NCBI RefSeq assembly: GCF_009914755.1 | Contig: NC_060925.1 | DNA: 64,000 nucleotides | Source: the human T2T-CHM13v2.0 reference genome, Homo sapiens | Direction: 5' to 3' (one strand) | Shown here: positions 46,228 through 63,682 of the stretch, piece by piece | Numbering within the stretch: position 1 is the stretch's first letter | How the letters are laid out: each line of letters opens with the position of its first letter | Notes under the pieces: generated by a model | Seen by the model: only the letters and a program-made list of their open reading frames with translations | What the model was told of the DNA's origin: nothing | The model's database searches: none | Made by a program: the position numbers and the translations under genes

Positions 46228-47683
46228 GTGGGAAACACTCAGGCATCAACAGGCTCAGCCTTGAAATGCATCCTAAGCCATTGGGATCAATTTGACCTGC
46301 AAACCCTGAAAAAGAGGTGGCTCATTTTTTTCTGGACTACGGTTTGGCCCCAATATTCTCTCTGATGGGGAAAAATGGTCACCTGAGGGAAGTAAAAATT
46401 ACAATACTATCCTGTAGCTTGAACTTTTCTGTAAGAGGGAAGGGAAATGGAGTGAAATACCATATGTCCAGGCTTTCTTTTCATTGAAGGAGAATCCACA
46501 ACTATGTAAAGCTTGCAATTTACATCCCACAGGAGGACCTGTCAGCCTACCTCCATATCCCAGCCTCCCTATAGCTCCCCTTCCTATTAATGATAAGCCT
46601 CCTCTAATCTCCCCTGCCCAGAAAGAAACAAGCAAAGAAATATCCAAAGGACCACAAAAACCCCCAGGCTATCAGTCATGTCCCCTTGAAGCTGTAGAGG
46701 GAGGGGAATTCGGCCCAACCTGGGTACATGTCCCCTTCTCCCTCTCTGATTTAAAGCAGATCAAGGCAGACCTGGGGAAGCTTTCAGATGATCCTGATAG
46801 GTATATAGATGTCCTACAGGGTCTAGGGCAAACCTTCGACCTCACTTGGAGAGATGTCATGTTATTAGATCAAACCCTGGCCTTTAATGAAAAGAATGCG
46901 GCTTTAGCTGCAGCCTGAGAGTTTGGAGATACCTGGTATCTTAGTCAAGTAAATGATAGAATGACAGCTGAAGAAAGGGATAAATTCCCTACTGGTCAGC
47001 AAGCCGTCCACAGTATGGATCCCCACTGGGACCTCAACTCAGATCATGGGGACTGGAGTCACAAACATCTGTTGACCTGTGTTCTAGAAGGACTAAGGAG
47101 AATTAGGGAAAAGTGCATGAATTATTCAATAATGTCTACCATAACTCAGGGAAAGGAAGAAAATCCTTCTGCCTTCCTCAAGTGGCTATGGGAGGCCTTA
47201 AGAAAATATACTCCTCTGTCACCTGACTCACTAGAGGGTCAATTGATCCTAAAAGATAAGTTTATTACCCAATCAGCTGCAGATATCAGGAGAAAGCTCC
47301 AAATGTGAGCCCTAGGCCCTGAACAAACTCTGGAGGCATTATTAAACCTGGCAATCTCGGTGTTCTATAATAGGGGCCAAGAGGAACAGGCCAAAAAGGA
47401 AAAGCAAGATCAGAGAAAGGCCGCAGCCTTAGGCATGGTCCTCAGACAAACAAACCTTGGTGGTTCAGACAGGACAGAAAATGGAGCAGGCCAGTCACTG
47501 GGTAGGGCTTGTTATCAGTGTGGTTTACAAGGACACTTTAAAAAAGATTGTCCAACAAGAAACAAGCCATCCCCTCATCAATGTCTGCTATGCTGAGGCA
47601 GTCACTGGAAGGCGCACTGCCCCAGAGTGCAATGGTTCTCTGACCCAGAAGCCCCCAACCAGATGATCCAACAACAGGACTGA
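46228..47683 (+). pseudogene. gag: HERV9 gag, disrupted
   Basis: VGNTQASTGSALKCILSHWDQFD (ATG>GTG), [25 protein letters not shown], zinc knuckle CYQCGLQGHFKKDC; several stops and frameshifts. Confidence 0.92.
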
Positions 47684-48140
47684 GGGTGCCTGGGGCAAGC
47701 GCCAGCTCATGTCATCACCCTCACTGAGCCCCGGGTACGTTTAACCATTGAGGCCAGGAAATTGAGACTTCCTCCTGGACACTGGCACGGCCTTCTCAGT
47801 GTTAATCTCCTGTCCCAGACGACTGTCCTCAAGGTCCGTTACCATCCGAGGAATCCTGGGATGGCCTGTAACCAGGTATTTCTCCCACCTCCTCAGTTGT
47901 AATTGGGAGACTTTGCTACAGATAGTAAGTATGTTTATCTAATCCTACATACCCATGCTGCAATATGGAAAGAAAGGGAGTTCCTAACCTCTAGGGGAAC
48001 CCCCATTAAATATTACAAGGAAACCATGGAGTTATTGCACACAGTACAAAAACCAAAGGAGGTGGCAGTCTTACACAGATGAAGCCATCAAAAAGGGAAG
48101 GAGAGGGGAGAACGGCAGCATAAGCAGCTGGCAGAAGCAG
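47684..48140 (+). pseudogene. pol: HERV9 protease joined to an RNase H remnant (RT deleted, no integrase seen)
   Basis: FLLDTGTAFSVL aspartyl protease motif ~47770-47805, then an abrupt switch near 47917 to TDSKYVYLILHTHAAIWKEREFLTSRGTPIKY. Confidence 0.85.
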
Positions 48141-48372
48141 CAGAAAGGAAATAGAGAAAGAGACAGAAAGAGAGAGAGGAAGAAACAGAGAGACAAAGAG
48201 AAGGAGACAGAGAGAGGAAAAGACACAGACAAAGGAGTCAGAGAGAGAGAGGAAGAGACAGACAAAGTCAAAGAAGAAAAGAGAGGAAGAGACAAAGAGG
48301 GAGTCAGAGAGAGACAGACAGACAAAGAAGAAGTCAAAGAGAAAGAAGGAGAGTTGGAAGTAGTAAAGAAAA
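48140..48372 (+). repeat. GA-rich low-complexity expansion within HERV9
   Basis: Degenerate AGAG/AGAC repeats. Confidence 0.9.
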
Positions 48373-49039
48373 AACAGTGTATTGTATTCCTTTAAAAACC
48401 AGGGTAAATTTAAAACCTATAATTGATAATTTAAGGTCTTCTCCATATCCCTATAGCACTCCAATACCACCTTGTTGTCAGTGTAAACAAGGGCATAGCC
48501 TGAAAGCACTGAGGCCACTGACAACCCATAGCCTTCCTATCAAAAATCCTTAACCCAGCAGGTTTCCTAACAGGGGATCTAAATCTTAATTAATTACCAT
48601 ACAAAGGTCCAACCAGATCTAGGAGGAACTCCCTTCAGGACAGGATGATAGATGGCTCCTCCCAGGCAATTAAGGAAAAAAGACACAATGGGTATTCAGT
48701 AAGTGATAAGGAAACTCTTGTAGAATCAGAGTTAGGAAAATTGCCTAATAATTGGTCTGCTCAAACCTGCAAGCTGTTTGCACTCAGCCAAACTTTAAAG
48801 TACTTACAGAATCAGGAAGGAGCCATCTATATCAATTCTAAGTTAATATGGACTGAATGAGGTCTTATTAATAGCAAAAAATAATTGAAATCCCAAACTT
48901 ACAAGGTTTTCAACAAAAGTAAAGTTTGCTAAAAGAGTTAACAGTGTAACATGTATTATCCTAACTTCTAATCTTATGGAAATCAGACCTTATCAGTGCC
49001 CCTGAAAGCTCAAGTCCATCAGCACAGAGCCATACAACT

Positions 49040-49700
49040 AATACCCCCACTTACATGGTTTTAGGAATGGCCACTGCTACAGGAACTGGAATAGCTTGTT
49101 TATCTACTTCATTATCTTACTACCACACACTCTCAGAGGATTTCTCAGACAGTTTGCAAGAAACAATGGAATCTATCCTTACTCTATGATCCCAAATAGA
49201 CTCTTTGGCAGCAGTGACTCTCCAAAACCACCAAGGCTTAGACCGCCTCACTGCTGAGAAAGGAGGACTCTGTGCCTTCTTAGGGGAAGAGAGTGTTGTT
49301 TTTACACTAACCAGTCATGGATAGTAAGAGATGCCACCCGGTGTTTACAGGAAAAGACTTCTGAAATCAGACAACGCCTTTCAAACTCTTATACCAACCT
49401 CTGGAGTTGGGCAACATGGCTTCTTCCCTTCCTAGGTCCCGTGACAGCCATCTTACTATTACTCACCTTCAGGACCTGTATTTTTAACTTCCTTGTCAAA
49501 TTTGTTTCCTCTAGGATCAAGGCCATCAAGCTACAGATGGTCTTACAAATGGAACCCCAAATGAGCTCAACTAACAACTTCTACCAAGGACCCCTGGACT
49601 GACCTGCTGGCCCTTTCACTGGCCTAAAGAGTTCCCCTCTGGAGGACACTACAATTGTAGGGCCCCTTCTTCGCCCCTATCCAGCAGGAAGTAGCTACAG
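49040..49700 (+). pseudogene. env: HERV9 env transmembrane-subunit remnant
   Basis: GMATATGTGIA fusion peptide, [18 protein letters not shown] immunosuppressive domain from 49220, LLPFLGP, IKAIKLQMVLQMEPQM; disrupted. Confidence 0.88.
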
Positions 49701-49754
49701 TAGTCATCGCCCAATTCCCAACAGCAGTTGGGGTGTCCTGTTTAGAGGGGGGAT

Positions 49755-50510
49755 TGAGAGGTGAAGCCAGCTGGGCTTCTGGGTCGGGTGGGGACTTGGA
49801 AAACTTTTCTGTCTAGCTAAAGGATTGTAAATGCACCCATCAGCACTCTGTAAAAAATGCACCAATCAGCACTCTGTGTCTATCTAAAGGTTTGTAAACG
49901 CACCAATTAGCACTCTGTAAAAATGCACCAATCAGTGCTCTGTGTCTAGCTAAAGGTTTGTAAATGCACCAATCAGCACTCTGTAAAAATGGGCCAATCA
50001 GCACTCTGTAAAATGGACCAATCAGCAGGATGTGGGCAGGGCCAAATAAGGGAGTAAAAGCTGGCCTCTCAAGCCAGCAGCAGCAACCTGCTCAGGTCCC
50101 CTTCCACACTGTGGAAGCATTGTTCTTTCACTCTTCACAATAAATCTTGCTGCTGCTCACTCTTTGGGTCTGCACTACCTTTATGAGCTGTAACACTCAC
50201 TGTGAAGGTCTGCAGCTTCACTCCTAAAGTCAGCAAGACCACAAACCCACCGGGAGGAACAAACAACTCTGGACCACCACCTTTAAGAGCTATAACACTC
50301 ACTGTGAAGGTCTGCAGCTTCACTCCTGAAGTCAAGTGAGACCACGAACCCACTGAAAGGAGGAAACTCCAGACACATCTGAACATCTGAAGGAACAAAC
50401 TCCAGACACACCATCTTTAAGAACTGTAACACTCACTGCGAGGGTCCACAGCTTCACTCTTGAAGTTAGCGAGACCAAGAACCCACTGGAAGGGACCAAT
50501 TCTGTACACA
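49755..50510 (+). promoter_or_regulatory. LTR12-family 3' LTR (U3 CCAAT array, polyA signal, U5 repeats)
   Basis: Six CCAAT boxes 49862-50022, TATA-like GTAAAAG ~50055, AATAAA 50139-50144, three TAACACTCACTG...CAGCTTCACTC repeats. Confidence 0.92.
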
Positions 50511-50673
50511 ATTACGTTGGACAATTCCAACATAGCAAGAAAAGTCAAGAGTACAGAATCAAGTTATACTGGAGGAAAGCATTGCTTTTCTAGGACTTCA
50601 AGATAAACATTTCAGCATCAGGTTAGAATAGCAGAGTTAGAAGAGGAGAAAAAAGTCACAGGAACTGGCATAA

Positions 50674-51029
<356 letters not shown>

Positions 51030-51311
51030 TAAGGGGAGGAAGGAGAGCTGAAGGCAATTATGCATAACTGCAAAATACATGCAGCAAGATACAGCAAGAG
51101 GTGAGCCTCTGAAATATGAATTTGAGAAATTTCAAGGGGAAAACTACCTTGAGAAATGAAATTACCATTCCATGAAACTATCATTTCTTAGTTAAACCTG
51201 AACTGGAAAAATTAAATAGATTTCAGAAAAAAATGTGTCAAAAATAGAAACTGTCTGCAGTTTAGAGGGTAGCTGTTAAAGAAACAGATTTTATAATTTA
51301 TAATCAAGACC

Positions 51312-51604
51312 AGCTGGGCACGGTGGCTCACATCTGTAATCCCAGCACTTTGGGAGGTTGAAGCAGGCAGATTAGCTGAGGTCAGGAGTTTGAGACCAGC
51401 TTGGTCAATGTGGTGAAGCCTTATATCTACTAAAAATACAAAATTAGCTGTGCATGTTGGCATGCACCTGTAGTCCCAGCTACTCGGGAGGCTCAGGCAG
51501 GAGAATTGCTTGAACCTAGGAGGCAGACGTTGCAGCGAGCCAAGATCACACTATTGCACTCCAGCCTGGTGACAGTGTGAGACTCTGTCTCAAAAAAAAA
51601 AAAA
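51312..51604 (+). mobile_element. AluS
   Basis: Full sense dimer with A-tail. Confidence 0.95.
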
Positions 51605-52568
51605 GTTATTTTTAAAATGAAAAACACATCTTACTTTTTGGTACAATTTGTGTATAGAATTACATACATTAATTAGAATTTCAACTCTTAGTATCTTTAA
51701 CTTTAGTAGAAATCAAGGAAGCAAGAAATGTTTAAATGTCTCTCACATGTCATTATTTAATAGATAAGAATCATTTTATAGTTTTTAAGCACATGGTTTT
51801 CCATAACATAATTTTTATGTATATTAATAAATCCTAATATATTTAGTCTTCCCATAAAATTTAAGAAGCCAAGAATAAACTTATATTTATGTCCAGTAAT
51901 GTGTTTCTGGTTTTAAAAATCCTATGTGACAATGACCCAGACAATTAATCAGCATCTATTATTTAATTTAACATAACTTTGAGATTTCATATTATGTAAA
52001 AAGTTTATTTATAAATGTTTATCCCATTTACATTTACCTAATTTATTTATTTTAGGCAATTCATCAATTGAGTATACAAACTGAAATATTAGACAAAGCT
52101 AGAATCTTTTCAAATTATTTCTGTGTCAACAATTTTTATAGCTTATGAGTATCAGGTGTTCACCTAAGTAAGAGCCTCAAATTTAACTCAGAAGATAGAG
52201 GTATTTTTATTAAACCAATAATATTAACTTAGTCTTACTTATTAAAGAGTTGCACAAATAGAGTCATTCTATTTTAGGTTGGTTTTATAGTTTTATAAAC
52301 TTTGTGACAAACATTGATATCTTAAGACATCTAGGAGAGACATATATAAGAATGTTTGATCAGTAAACCCAGGCAAAAATATATGCTGACAATTTAAAGA
52401 TATCTCTATTTTTATTTTACTAATAATTTTTAAACCAGCTTATTTATTAAGAATTTACTAAAGTTGTGTGAAATTGAAGGCATTTGGTTGAATTAGTGTA
52501 CATTTTATATGAGTGTTCATTTATGTAAACCAATCCTTTTTTACTTTTTTTTTTTTGAACTGTTAGAC

Positions 52569-56725
<4,157 letters not shown>

Positions 56726-58496
56726 TGTAAGCCAATCTTAATAGAATTCTTTAAGGGATTTCTGGCTGACTGCCAGATTTTACCATGTAGCCACAACATA
56801 CAACACAATATATGTACATATGCATTAAACACATCAAATCACATATATACACACACACACAAAGATCTTATAGATTTCATCTCAGAATGTTAGTCATGAG
56901 ATAGTAATACAAATTTCCTTGTCTACTAAAAAAAACTATTGGGATCAAATTGTATTTCTGACAAAATTGGAACCTGTTCACATGGCTAGACTTTATTTGC
57001 CCCAATAGTTAATCTGGTGAAGGCTGTGGACAAAAATTTTGGGTAAAGCAATTCTGAAGCAGTTTGATTTTTACAAAACCTCTTTTACCACATGTTCCTC
57101 TTTTTACATTTTCAAATGAGTTTAGAGTTAAATTTTCAATGTCTACATTTTAGCTAGGACTGGCTGAATTGTATAAGAAAAAAAATCTCCAAGTGGCCTT
57201 GGATCTGTTTTGTTTCCTGGACTGGTTTGTTTGACTAGTCAGTCAATTGTGGGTAGGGGAGCATTTTAGCAGTTTTTAAATTTTCTTTTTGGCCCCTGTA
57301 TGGCAGACACAATAAACATTTTGTGCGGGACAAAGATGCCTTATATTATTGCTCTGAGTTCAGGATTGTGACCTGTTTGATCTGAAAGCCTCACCTTTAT
57401 AAACATATTTATCTAGTTCTTTCCTTTTAGATGAATTAGCTATTTCATCCCCTAAGTGATTGTCGATCAAGAAAACCTAAATTTACCTTTCCAAATGGCA
57501 CCTAGGTTGTTGGTTACCATGAAGCTGTTGCAATTTGTGAAGTCATTAATTTGAAAGCCCTTTAAGGACCCTAAAAAAAAATCTTGACTAGAATGCAATA
57601 GACGGTAAGTTTTATCTCAACACCAGTAGAAAAGTCAGCAGATTCAAAGTTGGCAGAAAAAAAGGGAGATAGAGAACTCAGTAGGCTCTGCATGTTAACT
57701 CTACAGTTACAGATATTTTTAAAGAGATTTTGAATAATGACCACCTGCATTCTACACTTTCCTTGACATAATTTGCCCATCAGTTTAAAAATATTCATGG
57801 GAAGAGACTATAATATGTAGCTAGCTGCATTCCCAGAAAACCTGGCATGCCTCAATGTTTGAGAAACCCATTCTATGTCTTATTAATTTCTTAAGAGCAA
57901 AGAAAATCCTATAAATTCTGTCAGGGAATGTCAGGAGTTTAGATGATAATGACTGCCATAGTTGCTTTTAATTAGCCATCTTGCATGCATCACTTAGAAT
58001 GCTTATTTTGCTCTTGGGAGATTTTTGCAAATAAGCAAGGGAAAAGAGCCAAATCATTTACAGACCAAATTAAATCAAACCAAGATAAAGGTGTTCACAA
58101 AAATTTTAACTCAGGCATGCAGATAAAACAAAATATTGAATTAGGCATACAGGCCAAAAGTGAATTCACCAGAAAAGATATGCCTCACAGATAAAAAGCA
58201 GAAACCAGAGTACTCTGTCTTTATACCAGGAAGGATTTACTAGAGAAGGCAAAAAGTTTTTTTTTTTAATCATTGCAGAAGGCATGTAAGGTTCTTTATT
58301 AAGAGGTCCTTACAATCAAACTACATTTCAAATAATATCCAAAGCCTCTACCAAAAATAGGAAGGCTTGGCCTAAGAGAAGACTCACCAGGGCAGAAAAG
58401 GCAAGATATGGAAGTGGTGAGCTCAAAGAGCTCTTTTGAGTACTGCATATTGGTTCCAAGAATCAACCATTTCTTGTGATAGTGATCTTTCTTCAG

Positions 58497-58514
58497 GTCC
58501 CATTTCTGACATCA
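58497..58514 (-). other. Primer-binding site, tRNA-Leu type
   Basis: Minus strand TGATGTCAGAAATGGGAC, 15/18 to TGGTGTCAGAAGTGGGAT, just inside the 5' LTR. Confidence 0.7.
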
Positions 58515-58518
58515 CTTA

Positions 58519-58946
58519 AGTCAACCTAAATAATATACAGAGCCTCTCTAAAAGAAAAAGATATTTATTCAGGAATAGGGCATTGCAATGGGAATATGTG
58601 TGCCATAGTAAACTGTGCATACTCAGGGAGGCAAAGGAAGACAAACGTTTTAACAAGAAGACTGAAGAGGATTATATAATTTTTTTTGAAATGATTATCC
58701 TTGGCTACAAGGATCAATAAAAAGGGTGATGCCAAGTGGTTTCTGGGCAGATATCCTCGTATAAGTATTTTTGTGTAAGGCTGCAATGGCCTCTGTGTAA
58801 GGTTGTGGTTTTTGCTCTCTTTTGTGATAGTTTTGTTATCAGGCATACAAGTATGAGAACTCCCTCTTCATGCCCTTTCCCAGCTCTATTTTTCAGTTTT
58901 TTTTTTAAACACAAGTGATTCCATTTTGATTCTGATAACTTTCACA
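58519..58946 (-). mobile_element. 5' LTR of the MER65-like provirus
   Basis: Homologous to 41781-42278 and adjacent to the PBS. Confidence 0.8.
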
Positions 58947-59235
58947 AAGCAAATGATCAACCCTGAGGAGGGGGTTGTGGGAAACTGATTTATAGCTGGT
59001 AAGCCAGAGGTACAGGAGGCCTGGACATGTAATTGATGACTGAAGTATGTGTGTGGTTGAGCCCCTTAACTTGTGAGATCTGGTGCTAACTCCAAGTAGA
59101 CAGAGTCAGAATTGAATTGAATTATATGATACCCAGTTGGTACCCACTGAGCATTGGATAATTATTTGCTGTGGAAAATCCACACATTTGTTGTCAAAAG
59201 TTCTGTGAGTACAGAAAAACAGCTTTTTTTCTGTA
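58947..59235 (+). mobile_element. MER21 LTR, 3' part
   Basis: GCAAATGATCAACCCTGAGGAGGGGGTTGTGGGAA...GTCAGAATTGAATTGAATT...CCACACATTTG continues the LTR broken at 41780. Confidence 0.85.
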
Positions 59236-59402
59236 GTCACAAAATGTATTTCATATAATTTCAACCTTTTAATCGTATTGATTTGTTTTATAGCCTATCT
59301 TATGGTCAATACTGGAGAATGCTGCATGTGCTCTTGAGAAAAACATGTATTCTGCTCTTGATATGGTGGAGAAGTGGAAGGCAGCAGTGTTCTAAAGATG
59401 TC
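59236..59402 (-). mobile_element. L1MB ORF2 continuation
   Basis: Resumes the antisense ORF2 text after TGTGGTCAG (41249): ATAATTTCAACC...TATGGTCAATACTGGAGAATG...ATGTATTCTGCT. Confidence 0.75.
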
Positions 59403-61614
59403 TGTATTAGTTAAATCTAATGCTGCTGATAAAGACATACCTGAGACTAGATAATTTATAAAGGAAAGAAGGAAAGAGGTTTAAATGACTCACAGTTCAG
59501 CATGTCTGGGGAGGCCTCAGGAAACTTACAATTATGGCAGAAGGGAAAGTAAACATGTCCTTCTTCACCTGGCAGCAGCAAAGGGAAGTATGAGAACCGA
59601 GTGAAGGGGGAGCCCCTTATAAAGCCATCAGATCTCATGAGAACTTACTCACTATCACGAGAATAGTATGGGGGAAATTGACCCCATGATTTGATTACCT
59701 CCCACTGGGGCCCTCCCATGACATACAGAGATTATGGGAACTATAATTCAAGATGAGATTTGGGTGAGTACACATCCAAACCATATTATTCCATTCCTGG
59801 TCCCTCCCAGATCTCATGTCCTCACATTTCAAAACACCGTCATATCTTTCCAACAGTCCCTCAAAGCCTTAACTCATTCCAGCATTAACTCAAAAGGTCA
59901 AGTCCAAAGTCTCATCTGAGACAAGGCAAATCCCTTCCATCTAGGAGCCTGTAAAATCAAATGCAAGTTAGTTACTTGGTTTTGGTACAGGCATTGGGTA
60001 AATACACACATTGGGGTACAGGGCATTGCATAAATACACACATTCAAAAAAATTGGCCAAAACAAAGGGGCTACAGCCCCTGTGCAAATCCAAAATCCAA
60101 AAGGGCAGTCATTAAACCTTAAAGTTCCAAAATGATCTCCTTTGACTCTATGTCTCACATCCAGGGGACACTTATGCAAGGTGGGCTCCCACAGCCTTGG
60201 GCAGCTTTGCCCCTGTGGCTTTTCAGGGTACAGCCCATTTCCAGGCTGCTTTCCTGGGCTGGCATTGAGTTTCTGTGGCTTTTCCAGGTGCATGGTGTGA
60301 GCTGTTAGTGGATCTACCATTCTGTGGTCTGGAGGATGGTGGCCTTCTTCTCACAGCTCCATCAGGCAGTGTCACCGTGGGGTCTCTGTGGGGGCTCTAA
60401 CCCTACATTTCCCTTCTGCATTACCCTAGCAAAAGTTCTCCATGAGGGCTCTGCTTCTGCAGCAAACTTCTGCCTAAACATTCAAGTATTTCCATACATC
60501 CTCTGAAATCTAGGCAGAGGTTCCCAAACCTCAATTCTTGACTTCTATGCACCCACAGGCCCAACACTATGTATAAGGTGCCAAGGCTTGGGGCTTGAGC
60601 CCTCTGAAACAATGGCCTGAGCTGTACATTGTCCCCTTTTAGCCACAGCTAGAGCTGAAGCAGCTGGGGTGCAGGGCACCATGTCCTGAGGCTGCATTGA
60701 GCAAGGGGGCCCGGGGCCCAGCCCATGAAACCATTTTTCCCTCCTAGGCCTCCGGGCCTGTGATGGGAGGGGCTGCTGTGTCTCTTATATGCTCTGGAGA
60801 CATTTTCCCCATTGTCTTGGTGATTATGCAAATTTCCACTACTGGCTTGAATTTCTCCCCAGAAAATGAGGTTTTCTTTTCTATCACATCATCAGGCTGC
60901 AAATTTTCCAAATTTTTATGCTCTGCATCCTCTTAAATGCTTTGCCACTTAGGAATTTCTTTCACCAGATACTCTAAGTCATCTCTCTCAAGTTCAACGT
61001 TTCACAGATCTCTAGGGCAGAACCAAAAGATGCTGCCGGTCTCTTTGCCTAGCAAGAGTGACCTTTATTCCCATTCCTAAAAAGTTCCTCATCTCCATCT
61101 GAGAGCACTTCAGCCTGCATTTTATTGTCCATATCACTATCAGTATTTTGGTCAAAGCCATTCAACAAGTCTAGGGAGCTCCAAACATTTTCACATTTTT
61201 CTTTCTGCTTCTGAGCCTCCAAACTGTTTCAACCTCTGCCCAGATCCAAAGTCACTTCCACATTTTTGGGTTTCTTTACAGCAGCACCCCACTCTCTGTG
61301 GTACCAATTTACTGTATTAGTCTGTTCTAACACTGCTAGTTAAGACATACCTGAGACTGGGAAATTTGTAAAGGAAAGAGGTTTAATTGACTCACAGTTC
61401 AACATGGCTGGGGAGGCCTCAGGGAACTTACAATCATGGTGGAAGGGAAAGCAAACACATCCTTCTTCACATGGCGGCAGCATGGAGAAGTATGAAAGCT
61501 GAGTGAAGGGAGAAGCCCTTATAAAACCATCAGATCTCATGAGAACTTAATCACTGTCATGACAATAGCATGGAAGAACTACCCCATGATTCAATTACCT
61601 CTCACCAGATCCCT
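59403..61614 (-). mobile_element. THE1 (C/D-like) MaLR provirus: 3' LTR 59403-59788, internal region, truncated 5' LTR 61313-61614
   Basis: Two homologous TGTATTAG...AAGACATACCTGAGACT LTRs flank THE1-int, whose start reads GTAAATTGGTACCA on the minus strand. Confidence 0.93.
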
Positions 61615-61619
61615 AGGAC

Positions 61620-62262
61620 TCTTAAACTGTTTATTTTTCTTCACGCTTTTTTTTCTTTTTGTTCCTCAGACTGGACAATATCAAACTCAATTTCACCATG
61701 TACTTAACTTTACTTATGCTCTTTATTTCTTTGTGTGGATTCAAGTTACTCTCTAGTGTTGTTTAATTTTGCCTGAAGAATTCCCTATACTATTTCTTGT
61801 GAGGGAGATCTGCTAGCAGTAAATTTTCTCAGTTTTTGTTTATCTGAGAATGTCTTAAACTCCCCTTCACTTCTGAAAGAAAATTTTGCTCAATATAGAA
61901 TTTTTGTGTGAGATTCTTTTTCTTTTAGCACTTTAAATATGTCATCCAACTTTTTTGGCCTTCTTAGTTTCAGATCATATGTCAGCTGTTCATTTCATTG
62001 CAGATCCCTTGTATGTGATGAATCATTTTTGCTGGCTGCTTTTGGGATTCATTTTTATCTTTGACAGTTTGACTAATACATGTGTAGGTGTGTACCTCTT
62101 TCAGCTTATTCTACTTGGAGTTGTTGAGCTTTTTTGATGTGTAGATTAAGATTTTCATCAGTTTGGGACATTTTCTGCCATTATTTTTTCACATACCAAT
62201 ATATGTACCATGGGAGTCCTAGAAGGAGAGGAGAGAGAAACAAAAGGACATAAAGAATATAT
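61620..62262 (-). mobile_element. L1M ORF1-region fragments, rearranged
   Basis: CTGCTAGCAGTAAATTTTCTCAGTTTTTGTTTATCTGAGAATGTCTT, TTTAGCACTTTAAATATGTCATCC, TTTGACAGTTTGACTA are antisense ORF1. Confidence 0.75.
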
Positions 62263-62838
62263 ATGTCCTAAGAATTTTCAATACCATTTACTAACTATTA
62301 GATAGAAGTAATAGTTTTTTCTCCCCCTTATTAATCTCTTTTTTCTTCTACTTAATCATTAAGAAATATCGCCTTTTATAATAGTCACTAATATGTGACT
62401 ATTTATAATCAAAAATAATATGAGAATCAATCATATGCAAGTTGATATAATACGACACAATTTGCCAGAGAGAAGTTATACAGAAGGAGGAAATAAGAAG
62501 AAGAAGAGCAAGTTGAGTGTTCTATGGTTTTGTCAGCTTTGTCCCTTCCAATTTGCTAAAGCTTATGTGGTTTCCTTTACTATAGTGAATATGTGAGGGG
62601 AAGAAGCTTGAAACAAGGAGGTCCTGTTATATGCCAATATTGATCTATAAAAACTCTAGATGAAGCTGAAAAAGTTCTGGGGTAAAATCCAAGGACACAA
62701 GTAATAGACATTTAAGAATCATTACATTTTCTTTCTAAGTAAGAATGTAGAAGTCAAGCTTTATATAATTCAAGAGGAGCAGAAAGGTAAGAATAACCTA
62801 GAGAGAAGAGCAAGGAAGTGGGATTCTAGGAGAAAAGG

Positions 62839-62876
62839 TTTTTTGTTTGTTTGTTTGTTTGTTTGTTTGTTTTTTG
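62839..62876. repeat. (TTTG)n microsatellite
   Basis: Directly visible. Confidence 0.95.
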
Positions 62877-63682
62877 GCAGGAGGTGTGACAAAAATGGAA
62901 AAGAGAAAGTAAAAAATATGGGTAACCCCACAAGAAAAGCAAATACAAAGGTCAAATCGGGTGAGTAAGAATAAGTGCATGAAATAAAGAGGGATGAACA
63001 AACGGGGTGGGGAATTTTCAGGGTAGGAGAAAAAGATGGGAACTTTGAAAAAAGTGGGAATAAGGGAGAAAAGGGTATTAGTACTGAGCTTTGAAGGAAT
63101 GGTTGAGGGAATTATAGAAGGTCAAATGATGGAAATGGGTGCAGCTTGAGAGAAAAAAAGAGTTACTGGGTTAGGATGACAAGAAAGGCAAAGTGATGAG
63201 GCTTTGCCTTTGACTCTTGGACTGTGTTTAATGAAGCTAAAAGCACACACTTGTTAGGTTATAAAGTGAGGTAAAGAACTATCGAGGGAGAGAGACTAAG
63301 AGTACCTGATGTCAATTCTTATTACAGTTCTTTAAGATTTCTGTTTTATCAAAGGATCTCACTTTCTTCCCACCTCATTCTACAATGTAGTAGTATTCTA
63401 ACACTCATGCACATCAAGGTACTTGTGGGAGAGAATATCCTGTAAGAAAAACATATACAACCTATAGATTTCTGATTCATAGCACATGAGGAGTTCATTA
63501 AAAACACACAGAAAATAACAAGACAAAAAACTTTGGACACCCCCCTCCCGAAGCTCATTCATGGGTCCCATCCTTTAATCTCACCAATTTACATAAATAT
63601 GAAACACCTGACCAAGTTTTCAAGTAATTTGTCACTCATCTTACCTCCTAAGGAAGACTATGTTTTCATTTAACAACAAATA

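Larger units (their letters stand above)
45119..50510 (+). mobile_element. HERV9 (ERV9/LTR12) defective provirus with the 5' LTR almost entirely deleted
   Basis: TGAGAGGTGAAG at 45119 and 49755; 4-bp TSD ATTA (45115-45118, 50511-50514); gag-pro-pol-env remnants; PPT AGAGGGGGGAT. Confidence 0.93.

Noticed and set aside
49040-49700. Syncytin-like domesticated env
   Set aside because: Only a TM remnant, with an in-frame stop before the ISD, a frameshift in the CX6CC motif and no intact SU.
49830-50480. CRISPR-like repeat arrays (also 45770-46180)
   Set aside because: Eukaryotic context; these are LTR12 U3/U5 and HERV9 leader tandem repeats without unique spacers or cas genes.
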